From contig OZ024748.1 in the NCBI GenBank assembly GCA_964016885.1, forward strand, positions 56,296,001-56,360,000: a stretch of 64,000 nt of DNA, written 5' to 3'. The DNA comes from Eledone cirrhosa. Lineage: Eukaryota. Under the pieces are notes generated by a model. That model was given only the letters and a program-made list of their open reading frames with translations, did no database searches and had not been told where the DNA came from. The position numbers and the translations under genes were made by a program. This document shows positions 30,355 to 44,743 of the stretch, one piece after another. Numbering within the stretch: position 1 is the stretch's first letter; every line of letters starts with the position of its first letter.

Positions 30355-30492
30355 GTGTGATAGATAACTGCGGCAGTGGGCATGGTTGTGGTTGCGGTGT
30401 TAGTGGTAGTAAGGCTGGGGGTGGTGGTGTTTGGGGTTGAAGTAGTGGTGGTGGTGCTGGAGGTGGTGGTGTTTGAAGTAGTGGTGGTGGCG
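30355..30492 (+). repeat. G-rich (GGT)n-like low-complexity tract
   Basis: ggtggtggtgtttggggttgaagtagtggtggtgg..., with tgaagtagtggtggtgg repeated internally. Confidence 0.8.
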
Positions 30493-30593
30493 AATTAAAT
30501 TTAAAAGAGGTGTAGAGGACGTGTCATGTTCGGTGTTAAAAATGAAGTGAGCTGTTACTGCATATATGATGACATCTCTATAGTGTGTATATT

Positions 30594-30663
<70 letters not shown>

Positions 30664-31175
30664 AACGTGTATTTGAGCAGTGAGTATGTATATGAGCATG
30701 TGTGTTTGTGTTTGTTTGTGTGACTTCAGTGTGTGTGTGGGGGGGAGGAGTTAAAAAGCAAACATATTTGCCAATTTCTGTTTGCTTAGATAGAACTGAG
30801 GTGTGTGTCTCTGTAAATACATGCGCGTGCATATATGAATATATATGTGTGTATGAATGCATCTATGTATGTATTTATGTATGTATGTATATATTTGTAT
30901 ATATGTGTCTATGTATGCATGTATGTGTGTATATATATGTATGTATATATATCTTCGTATGTATGTGTATATATATATGTGGGTATGTGTGTGTAAGTAT
31001 GTATGTGTATGTATGTATGTATTGTATATTGATGTTAAATCCATTGGCACATCTAAATTTTTCAAGCATATTGTCATGTTAAATGCAATATTATTCTTGA
31101 GTCTGTATAAATATTTATGTTAATACACAATTAAAATACACACACACATTCATGTACACAAACACACACACACAT

Positions 31176-31221
<46 letters not shown>

Positions 31222-31855
31222 TTTGAGAGAGAGAGAGATATAAATAAATATATATATATATATATGTTTGTATATACATATATATTACACCAACAATTAT
31301 TTAACATCTGTATTTTAAATTATACAATATACATGCAGATTGGTCTCTCAATCCTAATAGTTTCATTTAACAAAAAATAACAAATGCACGCATTATTTAA
31401 GTATATTCGCAATTATATGCGACAATATGGAAACCCAAATGAGGTATAGCAATATTTACATGAAGCATGCAACAGTGTCATTGTGATTACGCTATTTATT
31501 TCTAAGTTTGTTTATTATTTAGCTTGCTAAAAAAATGTTAAATGCCTCATGTTCTTGAATTTCCTTTTAGCTCGGCTGGTTTGAGACACCGGCATTACTG
31601 GCTCTCATATAAAGAGTCACGTACTTTGGAACGTTACATGCTGTGTATTGAAACGCGTTATACCTTGCTGAGGCCAGTATGGTATGGTATAACCCGTTTC
31701 ACCGAACCCAGATTATAATTCCTTGCTATTCCCCTCCGAAGAAGAGATTTTATATCAAAATATCAGGACAGATAAGTAAACGAATTAACACATAACATCG
31801 AGCTTCTTTTTCTCTTATTTTTCGTCCATTTCGATTTGTCATGGCTTCAAATTTC

Positions 31856-31907
<52 letters not shown>

Positions 31908-31918
31908 GAAAATGGTGT

Positions 31919-32051
31919 ACCCCGACGGCAGAGATCAAGCCGTCGAAACGGCTTGAGTTCTGCCGTCGGGGTTAAACATTTTCCTATTACCCACTCCACT
32001 ACCCTATGTATTGAGTACTCTGGTGCGTTACGGTCCATCTGGTTCCTTACC

Positions 32052-32056
<5 letters not shown>
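31919..32056 (+). mobile_element. PLE-like tail remnant beginning with a 54-bp GC-rich hairpin that contains an HHR 3' half
   Basis: accccgacggcagagatcaagccgt-cgaa-acggcttgagttctgccgtcggggt. GAAA-cggc...gccg-TC-gggg reads as stem III plus a GUC site. Downstream sequence is shared with ~19560-19623, ~34060-34102 and, inverted, 35320-35355. Flanked by (TA)n on both sides. Confidence 0.6.
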
Positions 32057-32100
<44 letters not shown>

Positions 32101-32171
32101 GATATATTACCAAATATACTATACATACAGACAGTCAGACACACACACACATATATATACACACACACACG

Positions 32172-32214
<43 letters not shown>

Positions 32215-33015
32215 TCTCGTAAACTCAAATTTCATATGTCGTTATTTCATTGATCGATCAGAATTTTGAAAGCTATGCAAGCCTAGCTCAACACTAGTTT
32301 CTTCGGCATGTTTATGTTTGAGCTCTATTCTGGGTGTTGCAATGCGTCTATAAGCAAGACAGTTTGTATCAGGTTCTTCCACTAAGCCTATCTGGCACAT
32401 ATCGGTAGTATATATAAGCTCTAAGTGAGTATTTAAAACACTGTGAATGTACGAGCATCACTGAGAACTCTGGCAAGGGCTCACGTCTCTATGGATCAGT
32501 CATTTATAGGTTAATTTCAAAAGTATTTGGAAATAACGTAGTCAAAATAGACTCATGTGTAACACACACAAAGACACATGTATACAAATACCTACACATA
32601 CACGTTCACATACAGATACACAAAAAGATTCAAATGTTCAGGTACACACACACGTAGTTAATGCCTGTAAATGACAGCTTTTCAAGAGATATGTCGCTGC
32701 TATTCCTTGCAGGTACAGTAAATGCATACATGTGCAATCGTTGGATTGGATCAAAACATGTATGTAATTGTGTAAAGTGATTCAAACTGAATAGCCAGCC
32801 ACAATTCCATTGTTATATATGGCAGTTCAGTTGGCAGCTAATACAGTAGTAGTACCTTGAAACACCTATATACATATATATGTTTGTAACATCCCATACC
32901 AGCTCTACTACTTATAGATAGATATAATGATTATAGACTTACCGTGGCTGCCTCTATCAAACGTCATTTTAATATTCTGATCTACATGTTGCGATTATGT
33001 AATTGCTATATATAC

Positions 33016-33079
<64 letters not shown>

Positions 33080-33116
33080 GTTGTGTGTGTGGTTGTGTGC
33101 GTGTGTGTGTGTGCGT

Positions 33117-33160
<44 letters not shown>

Positions 33161-33191
33161 GTGTGTGCGTGTGCGTGTGTGTGTGTGTGTA

Positions 33192-33227
<36 letters not shown>

Positions 33228-33233
33228 AGGAAG

Positions 33234-33286
33234 AGCTTCTACAGGACTAGAACTGTTTCATTCGTGAGAGAAATCATCAGGAAGCT
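33234..33286 (-). ncRNA. Type I hammerhead ribozyme motif, intact core
   Basis: Minus: agcttc-CTGATGA-t-ttc-tctcac-gaa-t-GAAA-cag-ttctagtc-ctg-TA-gaagct. Perfect 6-bp stem I, 4-bp stem III, GUA cleavage triplet; short stem II. Confidence 0.75.
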
Positions 33287-33337
33287 GGTTTCCTGATGAT
33301 TTCTCATGAATGAAACAGTTCTAGTCCTGTAGAAGCT
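33287..33337 (+). ncRNA. Type I hammerhead ribozyme motif (mirror copy)
   Basis: ggtttc-CTGATGA(33293-33299)-tttctcatgaat-GAAA-cag-ttctagtc-ctg-TA-gaagct. Stem I includes G-U pairs. Confidence 0.7.
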
Positions 33338-33952
33338 CTTCTATATTAAAACTGTTATACTCTGCTATGTATTGAGTACCTTACTTACTGTGGTTACCTC
33401 CGATTCAACCCGGAATAACTATATATATATATATATCTTGTGTGTGTGTTTCAGAGATAGTTTGATAGAAAGGAAAACTAATATAATTATAACGAAGACA
33501 CTCGTATGAGTATGTGTGTGTGTCTGGGCACTTGTGAGTGAGGACATGTGTGTGTGCATATGAGCGTGTATGTGTGTGTGTGTACGTTTTGTGAGATACC
33601 TGCCTGTATGACGTATATATAAGGGTCATAAATATACCTGATACATTGAAGCAATAAGTAGTGTAAAACAGAATTAAATATTATATTACATGTCATTTAA
33701 ATGCATTTGTGGCAGAAATAGTTGTGTTATAGAAAAAGATGTGTAAGAAGTTGCCATCAATGGAATAAGAGATGGGAAAAAAAGGGAAGGGAAACCTATC
33801 AAAATTAAACCGAATGCTTATGGACTTATTCCCTTAGGAGAAGGTAAGAGTTTTAATGCCGACAGCGACATCAAGCGGTTTCAGGTCATCTTCTCATTCA
33901 TTGAGTAGGCCCAAGCATTGCAAGCTCTCTCTCTCCCCACTCTCTCAATCTC

Positions 33953-34040
<88 letters not shown>

Positions 34041-34176
34041 CAATTTGGGACGCCTAATTCATATTACCCGCTCTATTTCCCCAAGTATCGAGTACTCTGG
34101 TGATTAATGGTCTAACTGGTTTTTACTGCCTCCATTCTGATATATAGATATATATATATATATATATGTGTATGTG

Positions 34177-34209
<33 letters not shown>

Positions 34210-34254
34210 ATATATATATATATATATGTGTGTGTGTATATATATATATATATA

Positions 34255-34298
<44 letters not shown>

Positions 34299-34432
34299 TA
34301 TGTATATATGGATATAGTAATATATATGTATAAATAAACACAGTAAATGTCGTGTCTAAAATTACGATGGTATACCTTCGTAATCTTAGACACGAAATTT
34401 ACTGTGCTTATTTATACATATATATTACTATA

Positions 34433-34616
34433 TAATTGTTTCTTCTTTCGGCACAAGGCCAGCAATTATCCACTGCATTACTGGTACTTTATTTTATCGA
34501 CCCCGTAAGGATGAAAGGCAAAGTTAACTTCGACGGGATTTGAACTCAGATCGTAAAGGGACTTAACTATGCTGGAAAGCATGGCGTCCGACCCTCTACC
34601 GATACTGCCAATCCAC
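34433..34616 (-). mobile_element. tRNA-derived SINE, family A
   Basis: Reverse complement of the family A consensus. Shares the ttccagcatagtta..tccctttacgatctgag variant with the 10628 copy. Confidence 0.9.
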
Positions 34617-34746
34617 TATATAATGCTCGGTATTTATACTTTGAGCTTGTTTTAATTGCAGGGTACATATATGAGTTAATAATTCTTTACTTTATTTATA
34701 TATGGATATATGCATTTACATACATACATATATATGTATATATACC

Positions 34747-34832
<86 letters not shown>

Positions 34833-35319
34833 GATATCGATATATACAGAATACATCTATATACATCTACGTAAATGCATTCATATATGTAGATACTTCC
34901 CGTATATAGGTATGTATAGGTGACAGATATATGTATTTTCCTGTATAATAAATATTCATGAGAATGTGTGTATATCTGAACAAACTCATGGATATGCGTA
35001 CTCGAGTGTTTATATATATTCTCCCTTATAGTAGATATATGTACTGATTCGTAAAATGTGTATCGCACTTTATATAAACAATCATGCCATCTCCTTTACA
35101 TTATATATAAAGAAAGCAAGAAACCATTATATATAAAGAAAGCATTATATATGTAGATACAAATTTTACTTGCTTAGTGCATAAATTAATATATATATAC
35201 GTGTATGTATACATTTATCTATCTCTCTCTATATATATATGTGTGTGTGTGTGTGTAAGAATATACATATTTGTGTGTGTGTGAATACATTTATATTAAT
35301 ACATATATATATATGGGAA

Positions 35320-35393
35320 TGTGGTAAGGAACCAGATGGACCATAAGGCACCAGAAATAGCCGTTGAAACGGCTTGAGATCTGCCGTCGGGGT
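35320..35393. mobile_element. Short inverted/rearranged copy of the 31919-32056 element
   Basis: tgtggtaaggaaccagatggaccataaggcaccaga is the reverse complement of ~32018-32053, joined to agccgttgaaacggcttgagatctgccgtcggggt in direct orientation. Confidence 0.7.
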
Positions 35394-35408
35394 CATACTT
35401 TTTCTCTA

Positions 35409-35461
<53 letters not shown>

Positions 35462-35890
35462 ACCAGATATATACATATAAACTCCACAAAACACGCTTAC
35501 ACATATACACGTGTCATTTTATATATATGTGTGCATGAAAGTAGGAATAAATGAATGTGGAAGTATACTCTCAGACTTACATACATATACACACATATTT
35601 CTCTATGATTATATGTATAGCCTGTTGCTTTTGCTTGCATAAATTTATACATGCGGTAGGTGTGGCTTAGCTAGCTGATAGTTTAATCTCTGTCAATTCG
35701 GTGCATCGAACTTGTTCAATTCTCTTTAATCATTTTACTCGCCTACCTTCACATATTGCACCTATACCATATTACCCCCCCCCCCCCCCTGCATATCATC
35801 CTCTTTTCAACTATGACTCTTTCACTAATCTCCATCTTTCTGTCTACTTACACTCCATTTCCGAAGCCATCTTTGTGTATGTATATTTAC

Positions 35891-35985
<95 letters not shown>

Positions 35986-35987
<2 letters not shown>

Positions 35988-36729
35988 AACAGCCCGAATT
36001 ATTAGCCGTACAGTGTTCGGCACCCATCGTTGCCATTTTGTTCAACACTGACAAAGGAACGATTAGCTAGTTTCTCGCTTATTAGCTGTCATCAGCACCG
36101 TATACCTTCCTATCAGTTGATTGAACGTTTGAAAGTATATACTTTCCTTATGCATATTAACGGCTGAGCAGCCTAATTTGCATATCGAGGGAGTTAGTCG
36201 GCCGGGGGTACCGAGAACGCTAAATGGAAAAAATGAAATTTTATTTCTCACTCTTAATACGGCTGATACTTAAATATAAGTATGTATACGTAGATACATA
36301 TATGTATACAGACGTAAAGTAGTATGTATATACATACATACATGCACACATATATATATGTACGTATGAGTTTACCGAACATTCATTATAATGCTCGTTT
36401 TTTTTTGTAAACAAACAGCCCGAATTATTAGCCGTACAGTGTTCAGCAAGCATCGTTGCCATTTTGTTCAACAATGACGATTAGCTAGTTTCTAGCTTAT
36501 TAGCTGTCATCAGCACTGTATACCTTCCTGTCAGTTGATTGAACGTTTGAAAGTATATACTTTCCCTATGCATATTAACGGCTGAGCAGCCTAATTTGCA
36601 TATCGACTGAGTTTGTCGGCCGGGCTTACCAAAAACGATAAATGGAAAAAATGTAATTTCATTTCTCACTCTTAGTACGGCTGATACTTAAATATAAGTA
36701 TTATACGTACATACATACATGTATACAGA
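35986..36729 (-). mobile_element. Tandem (~1.75 copies) ~420-bp HHR-bearing unit; retrozyme/PLE pLTR-like
   Basis: Direct repeat with HHR cores (plus-strand tcatcag) at 36089-36095 and 36507-36513, 418 bp apart. Minus: gtg-CTGATGA-cagc-taataa-gc(g/t)a-GAAA-ctag-cta-atcg. Starts directly after a (TA)n tract. Confidence 0.85.
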
Positions 36730-37313
36730 AGTGTTGACATTTGATAATTTTGAAGAAGTGAATTTTAAATATTAAGCTATAAAATATATTTAATCAAGAG
36801 CCACGAAATTTAGCACATGAATTATGTAATATTCATTCATTATTTATTCAAAGTAATCCAACTTATTTTACAAACGGGGTAAAACAATATATTCTGGACG
36901 CAATCCCGCATTCTTTCCTTTATTATAATTAAGATACTCATGGGGACGGTTATATCTTCACATACACACAAAACATACACAACGCGTACACCAACTGTGG
37001 GCCAGCGGCCTTTGATATATCTGAGATATGATCAGTTTAAAATATTCATAGTGAGACACTTTTATGATTATCATACAGCTCTATTTTATATAAATATCCT
37101 TTTTTGCGTATACACATCAACGTACCCACACTTACACATACACACATACACACACACACACAAGATGGTCAACTGAATACGCATGTGTGTTTTGTTTTCT
37201 CCCCAATGTTTTCTCATTTTTCCCGTTCATTCCTCTTAACACTCTTTACTTTGTATTTATCTTCTATTTCTAAAGAAATATATTAGTTTAACACTTGAAA
37301 TAGCAGGAAGAGA

Positions 37314-37351
37314 ATCTTAACGTTTCGGACACTACACCTTCATCAGAAGAT
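37314..37351 (-). ncRNA. Minimal type I hammerhead ribozyme motif with palindromic stem III
   Basis: Minus: atctt-CTGATGA-a-gg-tgtagtgt-cc-GAAA-cg-TT-aagat. 5-bp stem I; AACGTT palindrome in place of a stable stem III. Confidence 0.65.
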
Positions 37352-40039
37352 AAGGAAAAATGCAAGAATATTGACAATAAATTGTAGCTGAGTATTTTCA
37401 ATGAGGACATACAGAATATTTCCATATTCATAAATTAAAAAAGTATAAAAGGGCTGGAAAAAATCTCAATAATAAATACATTTATACATATATTCGAATA
37501 ATCATGTGTGTTTGCGGTAACTGTACACATGATTATATGAAATATATGCAAGGTCGAAAAAGATCGAAACATTTATTTATTACTCAAAACTTTCATACAT
37601 CTTATTAACACATCTGTATTTCCGATCTTATGATATGAAACTTTCTGACATTCGGTTACTAAGCCTAACAGAAGGCGTATCGGTAGAATAGTGTTTAGGT
37701 ACAGAAACGAGCAACTATGTGCGTTTTCTTTCTAACACACGAAAAAGTATTCTGTCTACACTTGTTGATATGATACTACCAAAGAGAGTGCATTAATTAT
37801 CAGTATTTCAACAAATTCCCCTAACGAAATTTGATCAGATTTCAAATGTAATGAAATAGTGAAAACTTACATACTAATGGTAAATATGGCGTCAATGCTG
37901 ATCAACCAATAACATATGGTATTACATGGATAACAAATACTTATAACAAACACATAGACACTCACACAGACACACATACAAATAGACACACACAAGCATA
38001 CACACACACACACACAAACACTCACACACACGAACGCACACACACACACGTACAAATACACACACGCAGCCATACACACACAAACACAAACACTCACTCA
38101 CACACACACACATACATACATATACACACACACAAATATACACATACAAACACTCACACACACAAACACACATCCACACACAAACACACACACAGACACA
38201 AACACTAACAAACACACGCACTCACACAAACGCGCACTCAAGCACATACACTCATACAGGCTGACCAAAGAAGAAAGCAACATATAATTTTAAACAAACA
38301 AATAAAACAAAATAAAAACAAAATAAAAACAAGGAAATTTATTGTACGCAATGTTTAGGCATGGAAGTTTATTAAAATGACATTAAGTGATGTATATGTC
38401 CAACATGTTCATTCAATACAAGCTCAAACGTCAAGTGAAATTTACAATTTCTCTTGGAAAGACCAAACTGTGCTATTAAAAATATATTCCTTGTCTCAGA
38501 AAATAACAATTGAAATATATCATGTAATTTATCATGGAGTCGAACCACTGGATAACATATACTATGCCTGACATCAAGTTCCATGTCAAACGTGGCAATA
38601 GTGTGTTAATAATTCACATAACTAAACCAAATCCAGATATCCATACATCAGTACTAGATGATTATAATCTTGTATAATCTTGAGATGAAAATCTAAAGCA
38701 TTACATTGATTTAATATTTGAATTAAAATAATATAACTGTACTTAGTAAATGTATCCATCATCTCTTTTGCAGTTGATACAATTGCAACAATTCAATAAT
38801 CACATCTGCAAAGACAACTATAAATTTCAAATAGATATGTCGAATATAACGTTGTTATTTCAACGTCATGACTTGATGCAACGAGCTATTGAAATGTTGA
38901 CCGATATTTTATAAGCGAGGAAACTCAGTAGTCTATGAAACAAACTAGGCTTAGATTTCCTAATTTCCGTATATCTACGACCACGTTTTCAGATGGAGTG
39001 TAGTCTATGCTCTCTAATTTCACTACCGTATATGATAAAATTGTTCATGTTATGTTAGAGAGGAGAAAGTGTCACATTTTTCTGACAATATACTATGCAC
39101 GCTCCTATTAACTGACAAAGCGGTCATACACTTTCGTCTTTCTCGACCGAATAGACCAAGTATATTCACAGAAAATACTGAACCCATTCTTAAATATAAA
39201 CTCTAGGTTAACTCCGATCGACTATTAGTATGATCTACAGTATTAACTGATGAATCCTTCTAGTATTTCACATACTGTGGTTATATTTTGGGTTTAGGTA
39301 TATACGTACAGAAAATGGTGATTCGAATTCTATTATTGATGTTCTGTAAAGTATCTATCTCCTACCAATATATATTATGTTGGTCATGGATGACTTAATG
39401 GTAGCTGTAAGTAGTTGTTAATATATAAGTTGCGACGAAATATTAATTATTATGGATGTATTATATTTTTTAAAAAGGTAAAAATAGTAAACAAGAAGTT
39501 AAAATGTTAAGTAAGAAAAAATACGAAAGTAGAAAATAAAGTAAAATCTGCATCATGTCTAGGCGGTATAACTCAGCTGCGTCCCATGGGTAATTGTGCC
39601 GAGGAAAAATGCCAAACAGAGGAGAAAATCTGTCAGGAATGTAGCAATTGCGGAAAAAAAGCGATCCGTAGAATCCCGGGTTCCTCTCATCTTCCACTCC
39701 TCTGCTTTGGAAGCTGCATCGTCCGTATTTTTAATGGGAAATATGAGCATGGTGGAACCGAAGAATATACTAAATTATCTAGCACAAAGATTAGTGTTTT
39801 AATGCATTCTTAAACATCGAACGACAAACGTTTTGCCGTCTCACAATTTATTTTTTGCGGCAAAAGGTTAGAACTGACGTGTTACGTTAACGAAGCCGAT
39901 AACAATAATATACGGTAGAGGCTAATGTTAATGAAAATTAATGGACGTACACGAACACTCAGTCTTCTCAAGACATTGATATTTATTCATATGAATAAAC
40001 ATACAGTACATTGTTAAATATATAATAAGCACATTCATA

Positions 40040-40123
<84 letters not shown>

Positions 40124-40521
40124 TGTGCATGTATCGATATACGTAGATATACGCACACAATTGTCGCTTTCAGCAACTAATGGTCTTTACTCCAACAATG
40201 ATAATTGAAATATCAGCATATTGAGAAGGTGAGACAATGCTCAACAACCTACATATAACTAACTAAAAGCGCATCAGGTTGCTGCCTAAGAATGGGCAAT
40301 ATTTAATCAGAACAGATCCATTATACTCGATTTCTCCTTCGTACCAATGAATTTGGCATGCAGCTTTATTCAGTGTATTTTTTTTACACCACCTTTATCT
40401 ATCTATCTATCCATTGTCTCTCTCACTCTCTCTCGCTCTCGCTCTCGGTATCTCTCTCTCTCTCTCTCGCCCTCATCCTCACTCTCTCCCTCTCTCTCTC
40501 GTTATATACATACACACACAA

Positions 40522-40577
<56 letters not shown>

Positions 40578-40595
40578 TTAATACGTATATGTATA

Positions 40596-40655
<60 letters not shown>

Positions 40656-40656
40656 C

Positions 40657-40773
40657 ATATATGTCTACAAATATGTGTGTATGCCTGCTGATGAATGATT
40701 CCATATAAATATATATATATATATATATATTTATATGACATCATTCATCAGCAGGCATACACACATATTAGTA

Positions 40774-40782
<9 letters not shown>
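40657..40782. repeat. Inverted repeat with (TA)n centre; arms contain CTGATGA
   Basis: atatgtctacaaatatgtgtgtatgcctgctgatgaatgat..catataaat-(at)n-atttatatg..atcattcatcagcaggcatacacacatattagtagacatat. Confidence 0.9.
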
Positions 40783-40825
<43 letters not shown>

Positions 40826-41250
40826 TACACATACATATGAATGAATCTACAACAATATAGTGCAGCACACATACATAGATATAAAGCCATTACTGGAAAG
40901 ACTGACTAGAAACAGAACATTAAAATAGCGTCGCAATGACATTGTCCTGCGGAATGATTATTCGTAACACAAGTACTTATGAAACAATTTTATATGTATA
41001 TTTTCTAATATATATCATTGCATGCCTCCGAAACAATGCCACCATTTTCCCACTCTGTCACATATATCCTATACGTATACATTCAAACACAGATATGTAT
41101 ATGCGTATAAATATGTATACATTTTATAGATATATACATACGTATTCTTATATATAAACATTAAAATGGATACATTTATCCACACAGTTATATAAATAGC
41201 TATGTGTACACTCATGTTTGTGTGTCGGTTCGATCGTCTATGAGTATGTA

Positions 41251-41316
<66 letters not shown>

Positions 41317-41968
41317 TGTGTGGGGGGGGTTGTGTTTGTGTGCGTGTGTGTGTGTGTGTTAGTTTGTTTGTGCGTTTGTGAGAATGAGAGGTATGTAAAC
41401 TGTGATTTGGGCTCATTTCAGAATTTTTGCATTGAATGATTTTGTCATATGTATATTAAATTAAGTACACCTATGTACATTTTTACATATTTCAACAACG
41501 ACAACAACAACATTTACTCGGGAAGCACTCGTATTATAGTTAAAGAAACAAAAAATCTAATAAAAAAATAGAAAAGAAAAAGAATAAAAGAAAGAAAAAA
41601 CATCATAAGAAATAATAGAAAATAAAATAATAGGAAAAATATGGTAAAAATATGGAAAAAAAAATATTCGAAAGAGGAAATACCCCTCCCTCATTCCACC
41701 GAAAAAAAAATAAGGAGAAGAAGAAATAAATGAATAAATGCAATTTCTTCGAATTTCAAAGAATTCCTGTGAATTCCATGAATGTAGTTTAAAACGTACA
41801 CTTCTTTTACTTATCTATATTTTAATGCCAACCACCCCCATAATGTCTTAGGCGCGTACATATGCATGTAAAACTTGCGACAACATATGGACCATTGTAT
41901 GTATAAACGCATACAAATTTTGGTAGAAAATTATACACGTAAACTCATACAAACAATGACATAGACAC

Positions 41969-42018
<50 letters not shown>

Positions 42019-42145
42019 TGGATGAGAAAAATAGAGAGAGAGATTGAGAGAAAAAGAAAAGAGTAAGAGAAAGAAAAGAAATGATATATATATATATATA
42101 TGTTGTATATCTATATATATCTATATATATATATACATGTATATG

Positions 42146-42179
<34 letters not shown>

Positions 42180-42634
42180 CATGTATATATATACGTGCAT
42201 ACTAACATATATATATATAGTTATGCATATACACTCACCACAGATATATATATATAGGCATATAAGCCTATAGGCTTATCAACAGGCATGTATGTGTATG
42301 TATTAATACATATATGTATATAGGTTACCATGCATGTACGCATAAGTATATCTGCGATTTTGTATATGTGTGAATATCTGTGTATCTTTAATGTGACATT
42401 TCATCCAGAAAGAGAGAGATTTCCTTATCTGTGCTCCTATTACATTTACTCTTTATGATGTTTCTTATATTTCTGCCTTCATCATCCATAGCATCATATT
42501 CCCACAGTGTTCATCCAAGAAAGTCAGTGGTAATACAATATATTTTACCCCCATCTTAAATGCACATAGGCACACTAACAGAGAAACACACACAAATGCA
42601 TATGTGTGTATACACACACAAACACACACACACT

Positions 42635-42748
<114 letters not shown>

Positions 42749-42791
42749 CATACATATATATATACACATATATATATACACATAGACATAT

Positions 42792-42907
<116 letters not shown>

Positions 42908-43137
42908 ATATATATATATATACATATATTTATTAATGTCAACTTTATGCCAATTTTTTTTTTCAGGGTGAGGGTAAGAAAAATTAAGAATTAAGTAACT
43001 ATATTCCAACAAAACAAAAGTAGAATGTGGTGGGATGGTGGGGAGTGCAATCGAAAAAATTCCCACGAAACACCGATATACAATACATATACATATATAT
43101 ATGTGTGTGTGTATTTCTGTGTGTGCTTGTGAGTGTG

Positions 43138-43178
<41 letters not shown>

Positions 43179-43299
43179 GTATATATATATATGTATATAT
43201 AAATATATATATACATATATATGTATATATATGTATGTATATATATATGTGCGTGTGTATACGTTTTACATATATATATATTGTATGTATATATATATA

Positions 43300-43404
<105 letters not shown>

Positions 43405-43671
43405 AATGAAACCAATAATAATAACAATAATTATAACATGACATTGCTTTTCCCTAAGTGTCAATTTTAGAACATGCCTAAGATGGTGTTCCTTACTACC
43501 TCTTCAATCTTTATGAACATTGAACATTGATTGTTACTTATAAAAAAGGAAAATGAAGACAACAATGTAGCGCTAAAATAAGTAAGTATATCAACCGCAA
43601 CAACAAGAACAACGCCAATAACACATGGATTTGAGGATAATAGTAATAATGATAATAAATACTAATGACTG

Positions 43672-43765
43672 CAAGAGGAAGAAGGAGGAGGAAGAGGAGG
43701 AGGAGGAGGATGAAGAAGAAGAAGAAGAAGAAGAAGAAGAAGAAGAAGAAGAAGAAGAAGAAGAA

Positions 43766-43796
<31 letters not shown>

Positions 43797-43907
43797 GTGG
43801 TGATGATGATGATGGTGATGATGATGATGATGATGATGATGATGACGACGACGATGATGATGATGATTAGAATCATGATGATGATTATAAAATAATGATA
43901 GAAATAT

Positions 43908-43957
<50 letters not shown>

Positions 43958-43996
43958 TAATAATAATAATAATAATAAAAATAATAATAATAATAA
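43672..43996. repeat. Compound trinucleotide microsatellite (GAG)n-(GAA)n-(GAT)n-(AAT)n
   Basis: Direct reading. Confidence 0.95.
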
Positions 43997-44694
43997 TCAG
44001 AGAGGGAGAATTGACTAAAAAATACAATATACCCAGGCACATATACAATTGATCTGCAGAAAAATATAAATATATTGAATACAACATTCATTCCTATATA
44101 CGTACGTAGATACATACATACATACATACATAGATATATATATATATACATGCATACATACATAGATACATATATGCATACATACATCATATAAACATAC
44201 TTTCATATACATATGCATACACATATCTGCATACATATTCGCATGTACACAAATTGAAAATGTGACTAAAAAATGTCGAAAAAAATGAATAACTTGATGG
44301 AAAACAGGAATGGTCGCAAAGATGGAAAGAAGAAAAAAAAATTAAAAAGCTATTGCTGGAAAAAATGCAAAGCAATAAATGCTTAAAAAGTATAAAATTC
44401 TATGAGAAAAAATAAACGAAATATTCCAGAACATATGAGGCTGTTACAGAAATCTTCTTTTAGTAATGAGAAAACCATTTCCTAAACAATTCTTACCGTT
44501 TTAAGGAATGAATGGCATATTACAATTTATAGAAATAGCGTTGGATATGTAAATACTTTCAAGCCAACCTCATTCTATCTATTCATTGAAATAGAAAATG
44601 TATACATTCATATATATATATATATTTATATGTGGGTGTATGTATATATGTATGTATTAATGTATGTATATATATATATATATGTGTGAGTGTG

Positions 44695-44743
<49 letters not shown>

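Larger units (their letters stand above)
33230..33341. repeat. Fold-back palindrome made of two back-to-back hammerhead motifs
   Basis: gaagagcttctacaggactagaactgtttcattc...aaatcatcaggaa-gctggt-ttcctgatgattt...gaatgaaacagttctagtcctgtagaagctcttc. Confidence 0.95.

Noticed and set aside
35986-36729. CRISPR-like or prokaryotic system
   Set aside because: Eukaryotic repeat context; no short constant repeats with unique spacers and no cas-like ORFs anywhere in the window.
38372-38915. Short open frames and AG acceptors on both strands
   Set aside because: No consistent acceptor-donor pair with an open frame or recognisable peptide.
43538-44087. Poly-E/D, poly-K/M and poly-H ORFs
   Set aside because: Compound trinucleotide microsatellite with no flanking coding context.
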